From Salpingoeca rosetta (lineage: Eukaryota; Protista; Choanoflagellata): a DNA stretch of 64,000 nucleotides. The position numbers were made by a program, and so were the translations under genes. The notes below the pieces were generated by a model that was given only the letters and a program-made list of their open reading frames with translations, was not told the origin of the DNA and ran no database searches. Of the stretch, positions 1-15,664 are shown piece after piece. The stretch's first letter is position 1. Each line of letters opens with the position of its first letter. The stretch lies in the NCBI GenBank assembly GCA_033442325.1, contig JAWQFM010000001.1, positions 2,776,882 to 2,840,881 of the forward strand, read 5' to 3'.

Positions 1-84
1 TGTGTGTGTGTGTCGTGTTGTTGTTGTTGTTGTTGTTGTTGTGTGTGTGTGTGTCGTCGTTGGTTTGTTGTGTGTGTGTGTGTG

Positions 85-133
<49 letters not shown>

Positions 134-247
134 TGTGTGTGCCTGTCCGTCTCTCGTCGCTTACGCCCCTCATCCCTCATCCCTCATCTCTCGTCTCTCA
201 TCCCCCCGTTCCTCCGTCTCCGATTTATGGTGCCTCTGCGTCCGCAG

Positions 248-874
248 GTGATGGGGAGTGTGACGGCTGCATTGGATGCTGCGACGAAGATGCTGGTGGT
301 GGAATGGTCCTCCTCTCCGGAATCGGACATGTGGGCCGATGCCGTCATGGCCGCAGTCCTGCAGATCGAATCCCGCCCACAGACGATCAAGAGTGCGTTG
401 TTGAGAGAGTGTGTGTTTGTGTTTGTGTGTGTGCATGTGTGTATGTTTGTGTTTGTGTGTGTGCATGTGTGTTTGTGTTTGTGCTCGTATGTGTTTGTGT
501 TTGTGTTTGTGTTTGTGTTTGTGTTTGTGTTTGTGTTTGTGCGTCTGTCTGTCTGCACCTCTTCTGGCCCTTCGCTGTTTCCAAATCTTCCGCTGCATTT
601 CCTCCTTAGCATGTTCACGTTCTTTGTCTCCTCCACCCAACGCCCATTCCTACATCACGCATCATTGTTACCATCAGTGGCGAGCACACAGCTCTCGGAG
701 CAACGGGAAGCAGATTTCAAGGCGCTACTTGCACAGAGGTGGGTGGGGTGTTTAAGTTGTTGTTCTCTCACTCGTCCTCGCCTGCATTTCTGTTGCAACC
801 CTTCACTACTGCTGTTGTTGTGGAACTCTGTTCCTGTCCTACTCTCCCGCGCTCGCCACATATGCACCCATATG

Positions 875-929
<55 letters not shown>

Positions 930-1506
930 CCACGTCCATTCACACGCATCCACACACACACGCACATACACGCCACCTTTATCGCCACCACCAGCTTGTC
1001 GCAGCTGCTTGGCGGCCAGTTTGGGCCCGGCGCTGTGTCTCGTGATGGCGATGCACTCCGTGTCCGCTCAAACAACACAACCGGCACAATCCATCTCTCC
1101 ACTTTGGTGCGTGCGTATGCGTGGCTGCCTGCGCGTCTTTCTGGATAGCTCGCTCGCTCGCTTGCTGTCGTGGCTTCACAGCTCCCTTCTCATCTCGTCT
1201 CTCACTCGTGCGTGCTCGTGTCTGCCTCCGCTCTGCGTGCGTTTGTGTGTGCAGGAGGCGGAGAGCGAGGACGAGGAGCTTCGCCGACACCTCACCAACG
1301 CCATCCATCGCTTGGAGAACATTGTTCGCCCCCACGCCCATGCGCAGGATGGCTGCTGCCCCAGCACTGCTTGCGGCGCTGACAGTGGTGACGATGACGG
1401 TGACGATGATGATGACGAGGACGAGGCGGGTGTGCAGGATGGAGTTAAGGGCGGTGACGCTGGTGCTGAGACGCGTGGTGGTGGTGATGCTGCTGCGATC
1501 GCGTGA
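248..1506 (+). CDS. CPSF3: Cleavage and polyadenylation specificity factor 73 kDa subunit, C-terminal exons (5' part lies upstream of the window)
   Basis: In-phase GT-AG exons 248-392, 678-738, 995-1106 and 1255-1506 give VVEWSSSPESDMWADAVMAAVLQIESRP...LLGGQFG...ESEDEELRRHLTNAIHRL, which matches the CPSF73-100_C domain pattern (EW....NDM.AD.V...IL..E; QFG; ESEDE.LR). Stop TGA at 1504-1506. Confidence 0.85.
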
Positions 1507-1863
1507 TTTGGATTGTATTGGTTTGTGTGTTTTTTGTGTGTGCGGTTGTGCAGTTGAGGCGAGCGCGTGTGGAAGCAAAGGCAACGCAGTAAAACAGTTG
1601 AACAATACAGAAAGGGTGGGTGTTGCTTCTGTTGTTGAAGTGGTTGTTTAAGTTGTTGTTGTTGTTGTTTTTGAAGTGGTTGTTTAAGTTGTTGTTGCTG
1701 CTGCTGCTGTTGTTTTATGTAGGTTGTTCTCAAGTCCCTGCGATAAGCACTGTACGACATGTGCAGAAGCCAGCAGCGCAAACAAAAGAACAAACGATGC
1801 AACAAGCGCTTAACAACAGAGCAAATTATAAGGGGGGGGGGTCACAGGAGGATAACAGAGCTC

Positions 1864-1920
<57 letters not shown>

Positions 1921-2083
1921 ATACAGACACACACACACGTGCGCACATACAGACAGGAAGGACCACCGCCTCACCGCAGCCACCAAAAAAAAAAAAAAAA
2001 AAAAACTTGCTTCTTGCTTGCTGGATGGATTCCAACGCAGATTCCTTCCAAACAAACAACAACAAACAGAAGCAGCAACGAAT

Positions 2084-4075
<1,992 letters not shown>

Positions 4076-5150
4076 CACATCGCATACCTTGGCTATTTGC
4101 CCACTGCCCTTCGTCCCGTCCACTTTGAACGACAGAAAATGTCCCGCCCCTCCCCGCCAACGTGTTTGGTTATTGTACATACCCGCCTTCGTAATGGAAC
4201 CACTCTCTTTGTGCGTCTGTGCGTTTGCCTGCGCGTACGTGCTCGTTGCATTTCTTGCCGTCCGCCTGTCTGTCTGTCTGTCCGCCCCCGTCTCTCTCTC
4301 TCTCTCGTGCCGCATCGTACAAGGCCCACGTGAGTACATGCCAACATGCATTACAAACTGTTCACTCAGGTGTGGTGAGAAACCAAGACTCACCACCAAC
4401 ACACAACACAGCGAACGTGCGAGCGAGGCTACGAAAGAAAGCAAAGAAAAGCGCGACAGGTAGGAAAGTTAACACGCGTCAGCATACACGCACACAAGGA
4501 TGCTCACAAGCAGTCAAATGTACACCAAGTGACAACCACCCATCAATCTGCAAGTGAGCTGGGCAAAAGGTCAACGAAACGAAACGAATTGTGCGCTCAC
4601 AGACACACGACGCACACGCAATGCACAGAGGGTATGGATAACAACGCACACATGCGCCGTGCTGCACAACAAGGCCTTGCGCAAGCGTGGCAAAAAGACA
4701 TACATACGTACATAACACAGAGCGTACACACACACAGCGAGGAGTGTCTTTCTGGGACATGGCAAAATACAAACACTCACACATTCACGATGGAAGCCAA
4801 GTGCCCTTTGCATCATCAACGATAACAAGCACAAAACCAGCAGACAAAAGCGGCGAGTGGGAGAGACCACCATCATACTTAACTCGAGGCATGGGGTGTT
4901 GCAGGGCAACAGAGCGAAAAAAGAAGGGAGGGAGGGAGGGCAGGAACCCACACACACCCACACGCGTTGGCGTGGGGATGAGGAGAAAGCTGATGTGAAG
5001 CGATGAAGGGAGAAAATAGTGCGTAACGGCCTCGGAAATACGGCTCACACCAGCTTGTGGCGAACAGCACACCTGCTCTGCATAAACAATGAGTACGCGC
5101 ACGCGCAAGTCACCAATGAAACCAGCAAACCCACACACGTCAGCGTATGG

Positions 5151-7124
5151 CTATTGTCGTGGTGGTGGCTGCTGTTGCCGTTGCTGCTGCTGTTGCCGTT
5201 GCTGCTGCTGTGATGCATCTCGTGGAGAAATGAGTGGTGCAATGTTGGCTGCAGACATTCCACGCTGACCGCCATTTGTCTGTTGGCCTTGTTGCTGCTG
5301 TTGCTGTGGCGGGATCAGGGGCATAACTTGACGCTGCTGGTGTTGCTGCTGGTGTTGTTGCTGCGGTGGTGGTTGTGGCTGCTGCTGCTGCGCCTGGAAA
5401 GCCAGCAGCGGTTGAACACAAACAAGACCACAAGCCAGGCGACCCACAATTCAATTACGTGAGCAAAGTCAAGTGAAAGAAGAGCAATAGCAGGGGTGTA
5501 ATAATCCACAAATCAACAACACAAACGAAGAGCTTCAGCAACGGACAACAGCACAACAAACGCCTTCTGCAAAAGCAATCCACCACACCTGCTTTGACTG
5601 CGCCTCAAGGCGTCTGAGAATGTGCATCACCCTCAAGCGTTCCTCTGGCGGTAGCGCCTGCACCATCTGTGCACGCTGCTGTGGCGGTGACAGCATCACC
5701 TGCGTCACAAACTTGCGCAGTTGGTCGAAGTTCTGCGTCTTCCCAGTCTGCTGTGGGTGCCAAGTACACAATGCCGACGGTGGCGCACGCACAATCATCA
5801 CGTCAGGAACACAAAGACATGGGAAACAACGCACACACACACATGTATCAACCGCCTCCGCTTCACGCAGACGCACACCGCGCGAACACACACATAAACA
5901 AAACCACACACATATACACCACACACAACCAACCAACCAACCAACCATAGCATTTGTTGCTGACACTCACCAGTTGGTGTTGTTGCAAGACACGCTGTAG
6001 CTGCTGCGCAGACGGTGCTGACCCCGGTGGCACGGCCCCCACGCCAACACCAGGCGCACGCTGCGGCTGCTGTGGTGGTGGCATTTTGCCACTGCTGCTC
6101 GCCTGCGGTACAGGCGGTGCTGTACTCGACGCCAGCGACGACGATGGCGCTGATGACAACGAAGGACGAGGCACCTGCAAGCCCCCTGCAGCTGTGTCTT
6201 GCTGCTGCTGCTGCTGTTGCGCGCGCTTTCGCCTGTCCTGTTCTGCCATGCGTGCAGCAATTGGCCGCACGTGTTCCGGCAACACCTTCAGGTCCACGCG
6301 CAGCAGCAGGCCGCGTCGATGTTCATCCATCTCACGCAGCTTGTCCCCCACGCGCTTAAACTTGTCCGAGAGCTCTGCCGTCACCCCTTGCGAGCCCATT
6401 TGCTTGTACAGCATGTGCATCGCCTGTCGCAGCTTGTCCACGTGCTGCGTGACTTGCATGTAGTTTGACTGCTCCTTCGGCGACAGCGCCTGGAACGCAC
6501 AGCGGATGAACTCGCGCTGCTGCTGCTTCAACGCAGAGTCAACCTGCCGCTGCTGCCCGCCAGAGGAGGAGGACGACGACGATGACAGAGGCATAGGCGG
6601 CATGCTTGGTATTCGCTGCGGCTGCTGTGTTGCTGCAGACTGCCCTGCTGTGGATGATGACGACGACGACGCTGCCGGCCCCATCGACATCCCGTTGGAC
6701 GCATTTGCACGCACAAGCGGTTCCACTTTACTAGGCGGGTTACTCCTTGCTGCTGCTGCTGATGATGATGATGGTGTTGTCGATGCTGATGACGCAGCCG
6801 CTGGGTTGCCTGCAAAGGCAGCAGAGGAGCTGCGACGCGAGGCCATTGCGGGCGCAGCGGCACTCGACTGCCGCGACAAGTCCGAGTTGCCGGCTTGTTG
6901 TGCAAAACGGCGGTTCTGAGCAAAGAGGGCGGAGGGATGGTGTGAGAGAGAGGAGAGATATTGGGGGGGGGGGCAGGGTGAGCTATGGTGATGGAAACAG
7001 GCAGAGGCGCGCAGCTTCAGATCGACACGTTAAGAAAGGAGGGGCAGGGGGGGGGGGGGAGAAGACAACTGCGTGCACAGCAACAAAGCAAAACCGCGCA
7101 TGCTCCGCACAGTAAAGGACATTT

Positions 7125-7155
<31 letters not shown>

Positions 7156-10100
7156 CCAGACAGACAGACACACACACACACAGACAGACAGACAGACAGA
7201 CAGACAGACGCGCACACACCCACACACACCTGTGAGGCCTGTGCGGCGCGTGCAGCCCGCTGCCGGCGCTTGAGCTGCTCAGCAACGGCGGCCTTGTAGC
7301 GCGAGCACTGGGGCATCGGGCACGGGTCCTCACGGCAGTGGCTGGCGTGGTAGCGAAGAATGGTCCAGTAGGTGCGGCAGTGCTTGCACTCACGGTAGTG
7401 GCGGCGGCACGTGTTTGCGTGTTGCAGGTAGCGCTTGAGGATGGAGCACTGCTTCACCTGGCAATTGGCGTCTGTGCACACGTTCGCGTGGGTGAGCAAG
7501 CTGGCAGCCTGCTGGAACGCACGCGTTGTGCTGGTTGTGTTGTCCACAATGACGCCCACTTGCTCCATCTTGTGCTCGTGGCCCTGCGACTCGTAGCAGC
7601 TCTTGCACAAATCGTAATCCTCGCACCCACCCACGCAGTGGTAGCGCGAGTCAACGGCAGAGATGCTGTGCTTGCACAGGTCGCACACATAGCCCTCAGA
7701 GTTGTCTGCAGTCGCAATGTGGTACAGCATCATCAGCGTCGAGAACTTGGCCCGGCGCTTGGAGCTGAACTCGTAGTGGTTTTCGCGGCACAGCGTGAGG
7801 AAGCTGTCGCGCCCGTCCATCAGCTCGCACTTGATCTCCGGGTTGGGGTCGTGTGGCATTGGCGGCTGGCGGTGGTCAACGTGGTGGCGGGAGCAAGCGC
7901 ACATGTGGGTGCGTGTGAGGTTTTGATCACATGAGCAATAATACACACTGGCCAAGCAAGGAAAGAAAGAAAGAGGGAGAGAAAGAAGGAGAGAAAGGAG
8001 AGAAAGGAGAGAAAGGAGAGAAAGGAGAGAAAGGAGAGAAAGAAAGAAACCAACCAAAGGCGCTTTTGGGGGAGCATAACCAAGGCAAAAATGACGAGCG
8101 CACGTGTGTGCGCACACAAACACCCACACTCACGCTCACACGCGAACATAAACACCCACCCACGTAACCGAAAATACACACGCACACGCACACACACACA
8201 CATACGTAAGCAAACACATACACAGAGAGCCAACGCACCGGGTTCTTTGTGTTTGCGACGAGTTTGATGGCGAAGAAGACGTCCTTGTGGCGCTGCACAT
8301 CCAAATATGCGCGATCAGCAAGCTCCTCATCCCACTTTCCGGCGCGCACCTTCTTGTTCACCTTCTTGGTTGCCTTTGCCTTTGCCTTTGCCTTCTTGCT
8401 CTTGCTCTGCTTGGAGCCCTTCTTGCCCTTGCCGCCTGCCGCTGCCTCTTCCTCCTCGTCCTTGTTGATCTCCTGCACAATCTGCTCCAGCTGGTTGGGC
8501 CAAAAATCGCCGTCAAAGTAGGGCAGCTGGCGCGCTTCGCTCAGGCGCTCGCTGTCCACGTACTGCTGCAGGTCGCACCAGTCCTGGATCACTCCGCGCT
8601 CCTTGGCCTTGATCAGCATGTCCCGGTACCACGCCTGCAGCCGTTTCGACGTCGGCACGCGCTGGTTTGGCGGGTGGCAGTGGAACATGTAGTCGTCGCC
8701 GGGGCTTGGTGGGCACGCCCAGATGTGGGCATGCAGGAAGCCGAGCTTGGCCACGTAGTACAGGTAGCCAATGAGCAGCTCGTGGTACACCGTGGTGCGG
8801 TAGGACTTTGGTTCAAAGAGGTTCACAGAGTCGAGGTAGCTGATGTACACGCGCCGCCTGTTTGGCTCCGGGCAGTCCTCCCCGTACTCCTGCACATGAA
8901 GGCTGCATTGAAAGCACAACAGAGCAGGTTAGGTAGCCAGTTGAACGAGACAATGCACAGGGAAATGGCAGTGCAAGCTCAAACAGGCACGTTCATACAG
9001 ACACAAACAAACAAACAAACAAACAGCACCACACAAACAAGCAACACAAACAAACAAGCAAACAAACACACCCGAAGAAGCAGAGGTCGCGGCCGCCGTC
9101 GATGCGCTGGAAGACAAAGAGCGCCTTTGATTTGTACGGAAACGACTCTGGGAACGGACTGTCGCGCTGCTTGTAGTACTGGCTGATGCCCTCCTTCGCC
9201 TCAAACGACTTGCTGCGAACAGAGACAACGCGCACGAGCACATCCTTAGCCACGGGGTCGTCGCGCAGCGCCCCGCGCACACGGTCCTCAAGGTACTTGG
9301 ACAGGTGCGTTGTCGGAAGGCCTGCGGTCGCACATTGGCAGCGGAGAAGGGGGATGAACGAGCACATCGTGAGCATGGGGAGCAAGTGAACGAGGGTGCT
9401 GGTGACAAGGCAAATTGTTGCAGAACGCAGGAGCCAAGACACCCCTTGCAGGCGCACAAAAGTTACATGCAAACACAGACAGACAGACAGGCACAGAGGC
9501 AAAGACACACACACACACACACACACACGCACAATCACAGACAGACAGACAGGCACAGAGGCAAAGACACCCAGACACGCACACACACACACACACACAA
9601 CGCACATAGAGCACAGGAAAGCATTCAAAACGCACTTTCTGCGGTGTGTGGGACGCGTGGTGGCGGGTACTGCAGTGCCTCGCGACAGTGGGAACAGACA
9701 AACGGCTGATTGAAGTGCTCGTGATAGAGCTCGCAAATCTGGTGCTGCCGTCGCTTGCACACGTGGCACTCAATCAACTTCTCATACTCCAGCTCGTTGT
9801 TCACCTTCTCCTCAAACTGGCTGCGCTCCACAGGCACCCTGAACAGACGCACATGCACAAGCACACAAGCATACACAGAGCAAGCACAACAGGCAGCACA
9901 AAGGCAACGACATATGACAGAGGCGTGTCAGTCAGATGGGGTGAAGTAACACCCAAAGAGCAAGCTCTTGCAGGCGTGCACCATTGGAAAGAAAACAGCG
10001 AGGGGTCGCCTGCATGCATGCGATATGCACATTGGCACAACCTTGCACGCGATCGACAAGTAGAGCAACCCAAACAACGTCAAGACAGCACGCAGCGTAC

Positions 10101-13100
10101 GCAGCCACAGCACCACCATCACAACGTACTCTTGTCCATTCTCGTCGGTGATCTTGACAGGGCCCGTAGGCAGCTTCTTCCAGCACTTGGGGCAGTAGTT
10201 GACAATGAGCGTGGAGGTGCGATAGCTCATGTACTTGCTCTCGCGCGGGATTGTGCACAGGTTCTTGCCATTGCAGTACAGCGTGGGCGGGTTGAAGACA
10301 AGTTCTTGCCCGCAGCAGAACCCCATGCGTTTCATGATCGGCTCAATCTCCGCGTTCCACAGGTTAAACAGCTGTGCACAGTTGTGTGTGTGTGTGCGCA
10401 CGTCAAGGAGATTGCAGCGTGAGACCAAGGCGAAGAGGACGGGAGAGGGTGGAGGACAGCTGAAACATGCGTGCTTAAGAATGTATTCAGGTGACGCACC
10501 AACGCACAAACAAAGGCACACATCGAGCAACAGTCAAAGGCAAACACACACACAGACAGACAGACAGACAGACAGACACGCACCGTTTTCGCCATCTTGC
10601 CAACAATGGACTTTTCGCCATTGTAGGTGAACGCGTTTCTGAACATGAGTCGCATATCATCGCAGTACTGGCAGGAGCCAAAGATGCATGCAGCGGCCAT
10701 GTGATCATGTGAGTGCGTGGATGTGCGCTGGACAGAGCATCTGAAACCTGTCATTAACGACACCCGACCACCATCTTCACAACACCACCCCGCCCCTTCA
10801 TCAACCCCTGCCTTAGCTCAAGCATGCCATGTACACAGGCACCCACACAGACACACAGACACACAGACAGACAGACAGACACACACACAGATAAACACAC
10901 ACAGACACACAGACACACAAACAGACACACACACACACACACACACCTCCCAAGGGTCCTTGTAGTCGCCGGCCTTGAGCTTCTTGCCGATGGTGCCCAG
11001 GTCCATCGGTTGCTTGATAATGTCGTAGTAGTCTGAGCAGTTGAGCGCAACCGTGTCCACGGGTTCGAGGAATGGGTGGCTGTCCTCGTGGCTGCGAATT
11101 TTCTCGTGCAGCGGCCAAAAGTGGTGCAGCAGCTCTTCCCGGTCCCACTTCTTTGGCTTTGGCACGAGCTTGTGTGCACTCCCCGTCGGCGTGCGGCTTG
11201 CCTGTGCCTTCTGCAGTTGGTAGATGCGCTGTGCAAGCATCTCAAAGTACTCCTTCTGCGTCTGCGACTTGTGGAAGGCCTGGTCCTCAATCTTGGCGCC
11301 CAGGCTCTTGATGCGGTCCTGTGTGCCCGCCTTCTCCTCGGGACTCACACACTTGCTGCAAAGGGGTGAAGCGGCACGCAAGCAGCGGCAGTCAAGCAGT
11401 GAGATTGCGAGCCAGCGAGCACAGCGGCGTCGTGGAGCACCACCCGCAAACATTGCGCGCACATATAAGCAAGCAAAAAGAGCAAACCAAGTCACGAAAC
11501 GCATGCCCACCATCACAACGACCACGATCACATGATTGGAACCAGCAGCACGCGCGTACCTGAGTGCAGCAATGACCTTCTCCCTGAGCTTGATCCTGAG
11601 GGACTTGACGTCTTTCAATGCCGCCCGCCAGTCCTGCGCAGCGCCCCCACTTCCTCCATTGCCACCACCTCCTCTGCTGCTACTGCTCGTGTTGGGTGCG
11701 GGAGGTGGCGGTGGCATGGACGATGATGAGGATGACGGTGGTCGCGCGCTTGCCGCTGCGCTCACAGCGGGCTTGGCATCCGCACTGCTGGCGTTGAGGT
11801 TGGCGCCCTGTTGCGGGTGGGCGAGCGGCTCAGACTTGGGGACAGGTCCTGGCCCCTGCAATGGCTGCGGCTGTGAGGACGGCTGCTGGCGCTGCGGGAA
11901 GCCTTGACCGCCCATCTTCTGGTTCTTGGCAGCAGCGCGCATCGCCGCCAGCTTCTTGGCGTGCACTGAAAAACGCGCAGGCAAGATAAGGGTAGGGAGG
12001 GGGAGGTAAGTGATGCAAGCGCACACTTGATCGAAAAGCAGAGAGTGGAAGGAAACAGGGAGAACCAGAAGCAGCAGCAACGAGTAACGACAGACACGCA
12101 CAGACACAGACACAGACACACAGAAGGCTCGACACCGGAAGGATGCAATCCCATGCGGTGCGACAACAAACCATCTCTGATTGGTCGGCAGTAGGGGCAC
12201 TTTGGGTTTGAGCATGAGCTGTAGTGCGCAAGCAGCTGCTTCGATGATCCGCAATGTGGATCTGGTCACAAGACACACGGCAGTGGTGGTTGTGGTGGCA
12301 GAGGGCACGTGAGCAGACACGTGTCAGCAGATGGTGTATGATGTGTGTGTGTGTGTGTGAGGCTACGCACTCTTGCGCGTGTGTGTGTGTGTGTGCGTGC
12401 GTGCATGCGTGCGTTTGTTTGCGTGTCTGTACATGTGTGTGTCGTTGGGAAAACAGCACTTACAAGGGCACGACTTGTTCTTCTGACAGGAAGCCATGTG
12501 CTTCAGCACGCGCTTCATGTCGCCGCAAAACTTGACTTGGCACTGCGCATGAATGTGCGCGCATTTGAGAAATGGTGCGTGTGCGTGCGTGTGCGTGTGC
12601 GTGCGTGTGTGATGAGGGTGAGCGGGAAAGAATGAAGGAAAGCTCATCTCGTGATACTTCATGTCACGCAAACTACCAAAAACAACAACAACAACAACAC
12701 CAGCAACAACACCACCAACGACGACAACAACCCACACAAAAAAAAAAAAAAAACCAAGATTACTGAGGGAGGGCAAAGCAAATGGAGGCGCACGACGTAC
12801 GTTTGGGTTGCGACATCGGTATGCATGAAGAAGCAGCGTCAGCTGCCGATGAATCACGGGGATTTTCTGCACAGCACCAGCAAAGCAACCGCGTGTGAGA
12901 TTGGATTGTGGCGTGTGTAGGATGCAGAAAAAGCATGTGGCCGACTTGTGTGTTTTGTTGCGGCTTGCGAACCATGCAAGCGTACGGAGCAGTGTGCGCC
13001 AAGCGCTTGACACAAGATCAGCACATTAAACACCAAACGCACACATGCGTGTGCGCTGTGCAGGGCATATGCATGGTCTTGTGCACGTGCACTTGCCTGT

Positions 13101-13992
13101 GCGGCAGAGGCGCGGGCCTGCGCATCAGCGGACGGGGCACCCCCAGGCGCTGTCGCTGCTGTTGTCGACGGCATGTACGGGGAAGCCCCACCATGACCGT
13201 TGGGCAACGACTGCGGTTGTGGCGGCGGTGGCGGTGGGGGCATTCGCATCTGAGCGGAAGAGGTCGACATTGACGGAGACGAGCCCTGCTTCAGTGGCGG
13301 CAACACACACGAAAGAAACACAGCGAGAAATTATTCAAGTGGAACGCGAGGGCAGCATCTGGGCGACACAAAATAATGCACACACACTTTCGCACACAAA
13401 CACAAATACATACACACACACACATACATACACACACACGTACGTACGTGCGTGCGTGCATCTCAGCCTTCACCAAACAGAGCCAGTACATCACGAACAG
13501 GGAAACGTACCGGCAAAGGCTGCCCCTGCGCATATGGCTGCTGTTGGCCCTGGTTGTATGAAAACGGAAAGGACGATGATGGAGAGAGGACGCCTGTTGG
13601 GGACAGCATCGCATTGGCCTGGGGTGACGGTGCCGGCTGCATGTACGCCGACGACTGCAGCGACGTCGACGGTGTGGACGACGACGACCCCATTGCTGTC
13701 GTTGATGTCGCGGTTGTCGATTGCACCCCCTGCTGCTGCTGCTGCATGTATGGCGAGGAGGTGGGTATGGACGACCGGTATGCGGACGAGGTGGCGGTCG
13801 ACGATACAGGGGCAGTTGAAGCAGCGCTTGATGCGGCCATGCTTGGCATCGCCAACGGCTGCAACCTTGGCGCTGTTGTTGATACCGACGATGACGATGA
13901 CGACGATGGAACCGGCACGCTGCCCATGGTGCTTATCATTGGGGCCTGTTGCGATGTGCTGCTGGCAACACTGGTTGTCGTTGCATACGACC

Positions 13993-14023
<31 letters not shown>

Positions 14024-15664
14024 GTGTTGCTGCTGTTGGTGGTAAGGCGACGGCGCCTGCGCATACGACACCGGGGCCGTGGACGACTGTGGCCATGATG
14101 ATGATGATGACGACTGCGGCCACGATGATGATGATGATGACGATGGTGCTGATGAGTAGGATGGAACACCAGTTGTGACCGCTGGCGCTGTGGGCCCACC
14201 CTGGCTGTACACCACGCCTGACGACGAATACGGAGTGGTAGCGGGCGCGCTCGTGGATGTGATCATCGGCTGCGTCGCCACCGTCGTTGTCGTCGTCGCT
14301 GTGGACGCGTACGCACCCGTGCTTACGGGCGCAGACGACACATACCCCTGCTGTTGCGGCTGCTGTTGTTGGTATTGCTGCTGTTGGTACGGGGGTGCAC
14401 CAGAGTGGGAAATGACGGGCACGGTTGCAGCCGCAGTCATGGCGGTGGTGGTGGTGGTGGGTGGGGCTGTGGATGCATACGGTGTCGGCGCGGGTCCTGT
14501 TGTTGTCGTTGTCGTCGTTGTTGTCGTTAGCGGCGCACCGGCGCTTACTGGGGCTGTGGTTGCATACGCCAGCGATGTGTGCGGCGGTGCAGTGGTTGAC
14601 ACGGGGCCATTGCCCATTGCGGAGCCCGACGAACCATAAGGTGTCGACGCTGGTACTGTTGTTGTTGTTGTTGCTGTTGTTGTTGCTGTTGTTGTTGGAG
14701 GTGGTGCGCTTGAGGCGGGTGCTGCCGTGCTGTAGAAACTGGACTGCGACGATGTTGGTGCAGCTGCTGATGACGACGATGCTGGCGGCTGCGAAGCAGC
14801 AGATGCGCTCGGCAGTTGTATGAGCGGTGCCGAAGACGCCATCGCCTGCAGCGGCGTGGAAGTGGTGGATGTTGTTGGGGTCGTTGATGATGATGGCATG
14901 GCTGCGCCTGTTGTTGATGAGGAGGGTTGTGCCTGTGACGTTGCGGTCGCTGCCTGCAAGGCTGGCGTGCGTGGCTGTGACGGCGGCGAGACGGAGGTGT
15001 CGCTCGTTGTCGTGCCGGCCGCTGCACTTGATGCCGTCGTGGCGGGTGCAGTGGTGGTGGCTGTAGAGGTGGATGTGCTGCCATTGGCTGTGCCAACACT
15101 GGTGGAGGCTGGTAACGATGTGGGCGTCAGCAGCGGCTGCTGTTGGTCACTGGCGACGGACGACGACGACGATGACGCAACCTGGGGTGGTGCAGCTGTA
15201 CTCATGCCATTGTTGTTGTTGGTGGTGGTGGTTGAGGTGAGCACAACGCCAACGGGGGTGTTTCCGTTGACGTTTGTTGCTGGCGAGAGGCCCGGTGTTG
15301 CTGACTGTGAGAGCGGCGCTGCTGTGTCCGAGCCAAGCTTCGGCCGCTTTGCAACCTGCTCACCATCGTCCCCCGCAGCACCGCCTGCAACCGCACGCAC
15401 GAGGCAAGACAAAAGAGTGGGCGGGCAGGGAACAGAGATTGGGTGATGGTGGATGTCAAACGGTGAGAGTTGCGCACATGCGTGAGCGCGCCGACAATGA
15501 CATTGTGTAAGTGTGTGTGAGTGCACATTGTAAGTGTGCCCAATTGTGTGTGTGTGAGCGTGCGTACAAGAAAAGGACGCACAAACTCTCGCAACATTGC
15601 AGGCACCTCGTGTTCGTGTGTGTGTGTGTGTGTGATTGTGTATACCTTGGGTTGAAGGATTCAT
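5151..15664 (-). CDS. CBP/p300: CBP/p300 histone acetyltransferase (TAZ1-KIX-bromo-RING-PHD-HAT-ZZ-TAZ2, Q-rich C-terminus)
   Basis: 19-nt first coding exon 15664-15646 (MNPSTQG), then KRPKL as in the p300 N-terminus. TAZ1 (LLLHAYRC; CGDMKRVLKHMASC; HCGSSKQLLAHYSSC..CPYCRPI, 12866-12172). KIX (KIEDQAFHKSQTQKEYFEMLAQRIYQLQK). Bromodomain (DYYDIIKQPMDL). PHD (CKRRQHQIC). HAT (YISYLDSV, HIWACPP..GDDY, PYFDGDFWP, DGRDSFL...HYEFSS). ZZ and TAZ2 at 7700-7230. Stop at 5151-5153. Confidence 0.96.
7975..8045. repeat. (GGAGAGAAA)n 9-bp tandem repeat in a CBP intron
   Basis: About 7 consecutive near-perfect units. Confidence 0.85.
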
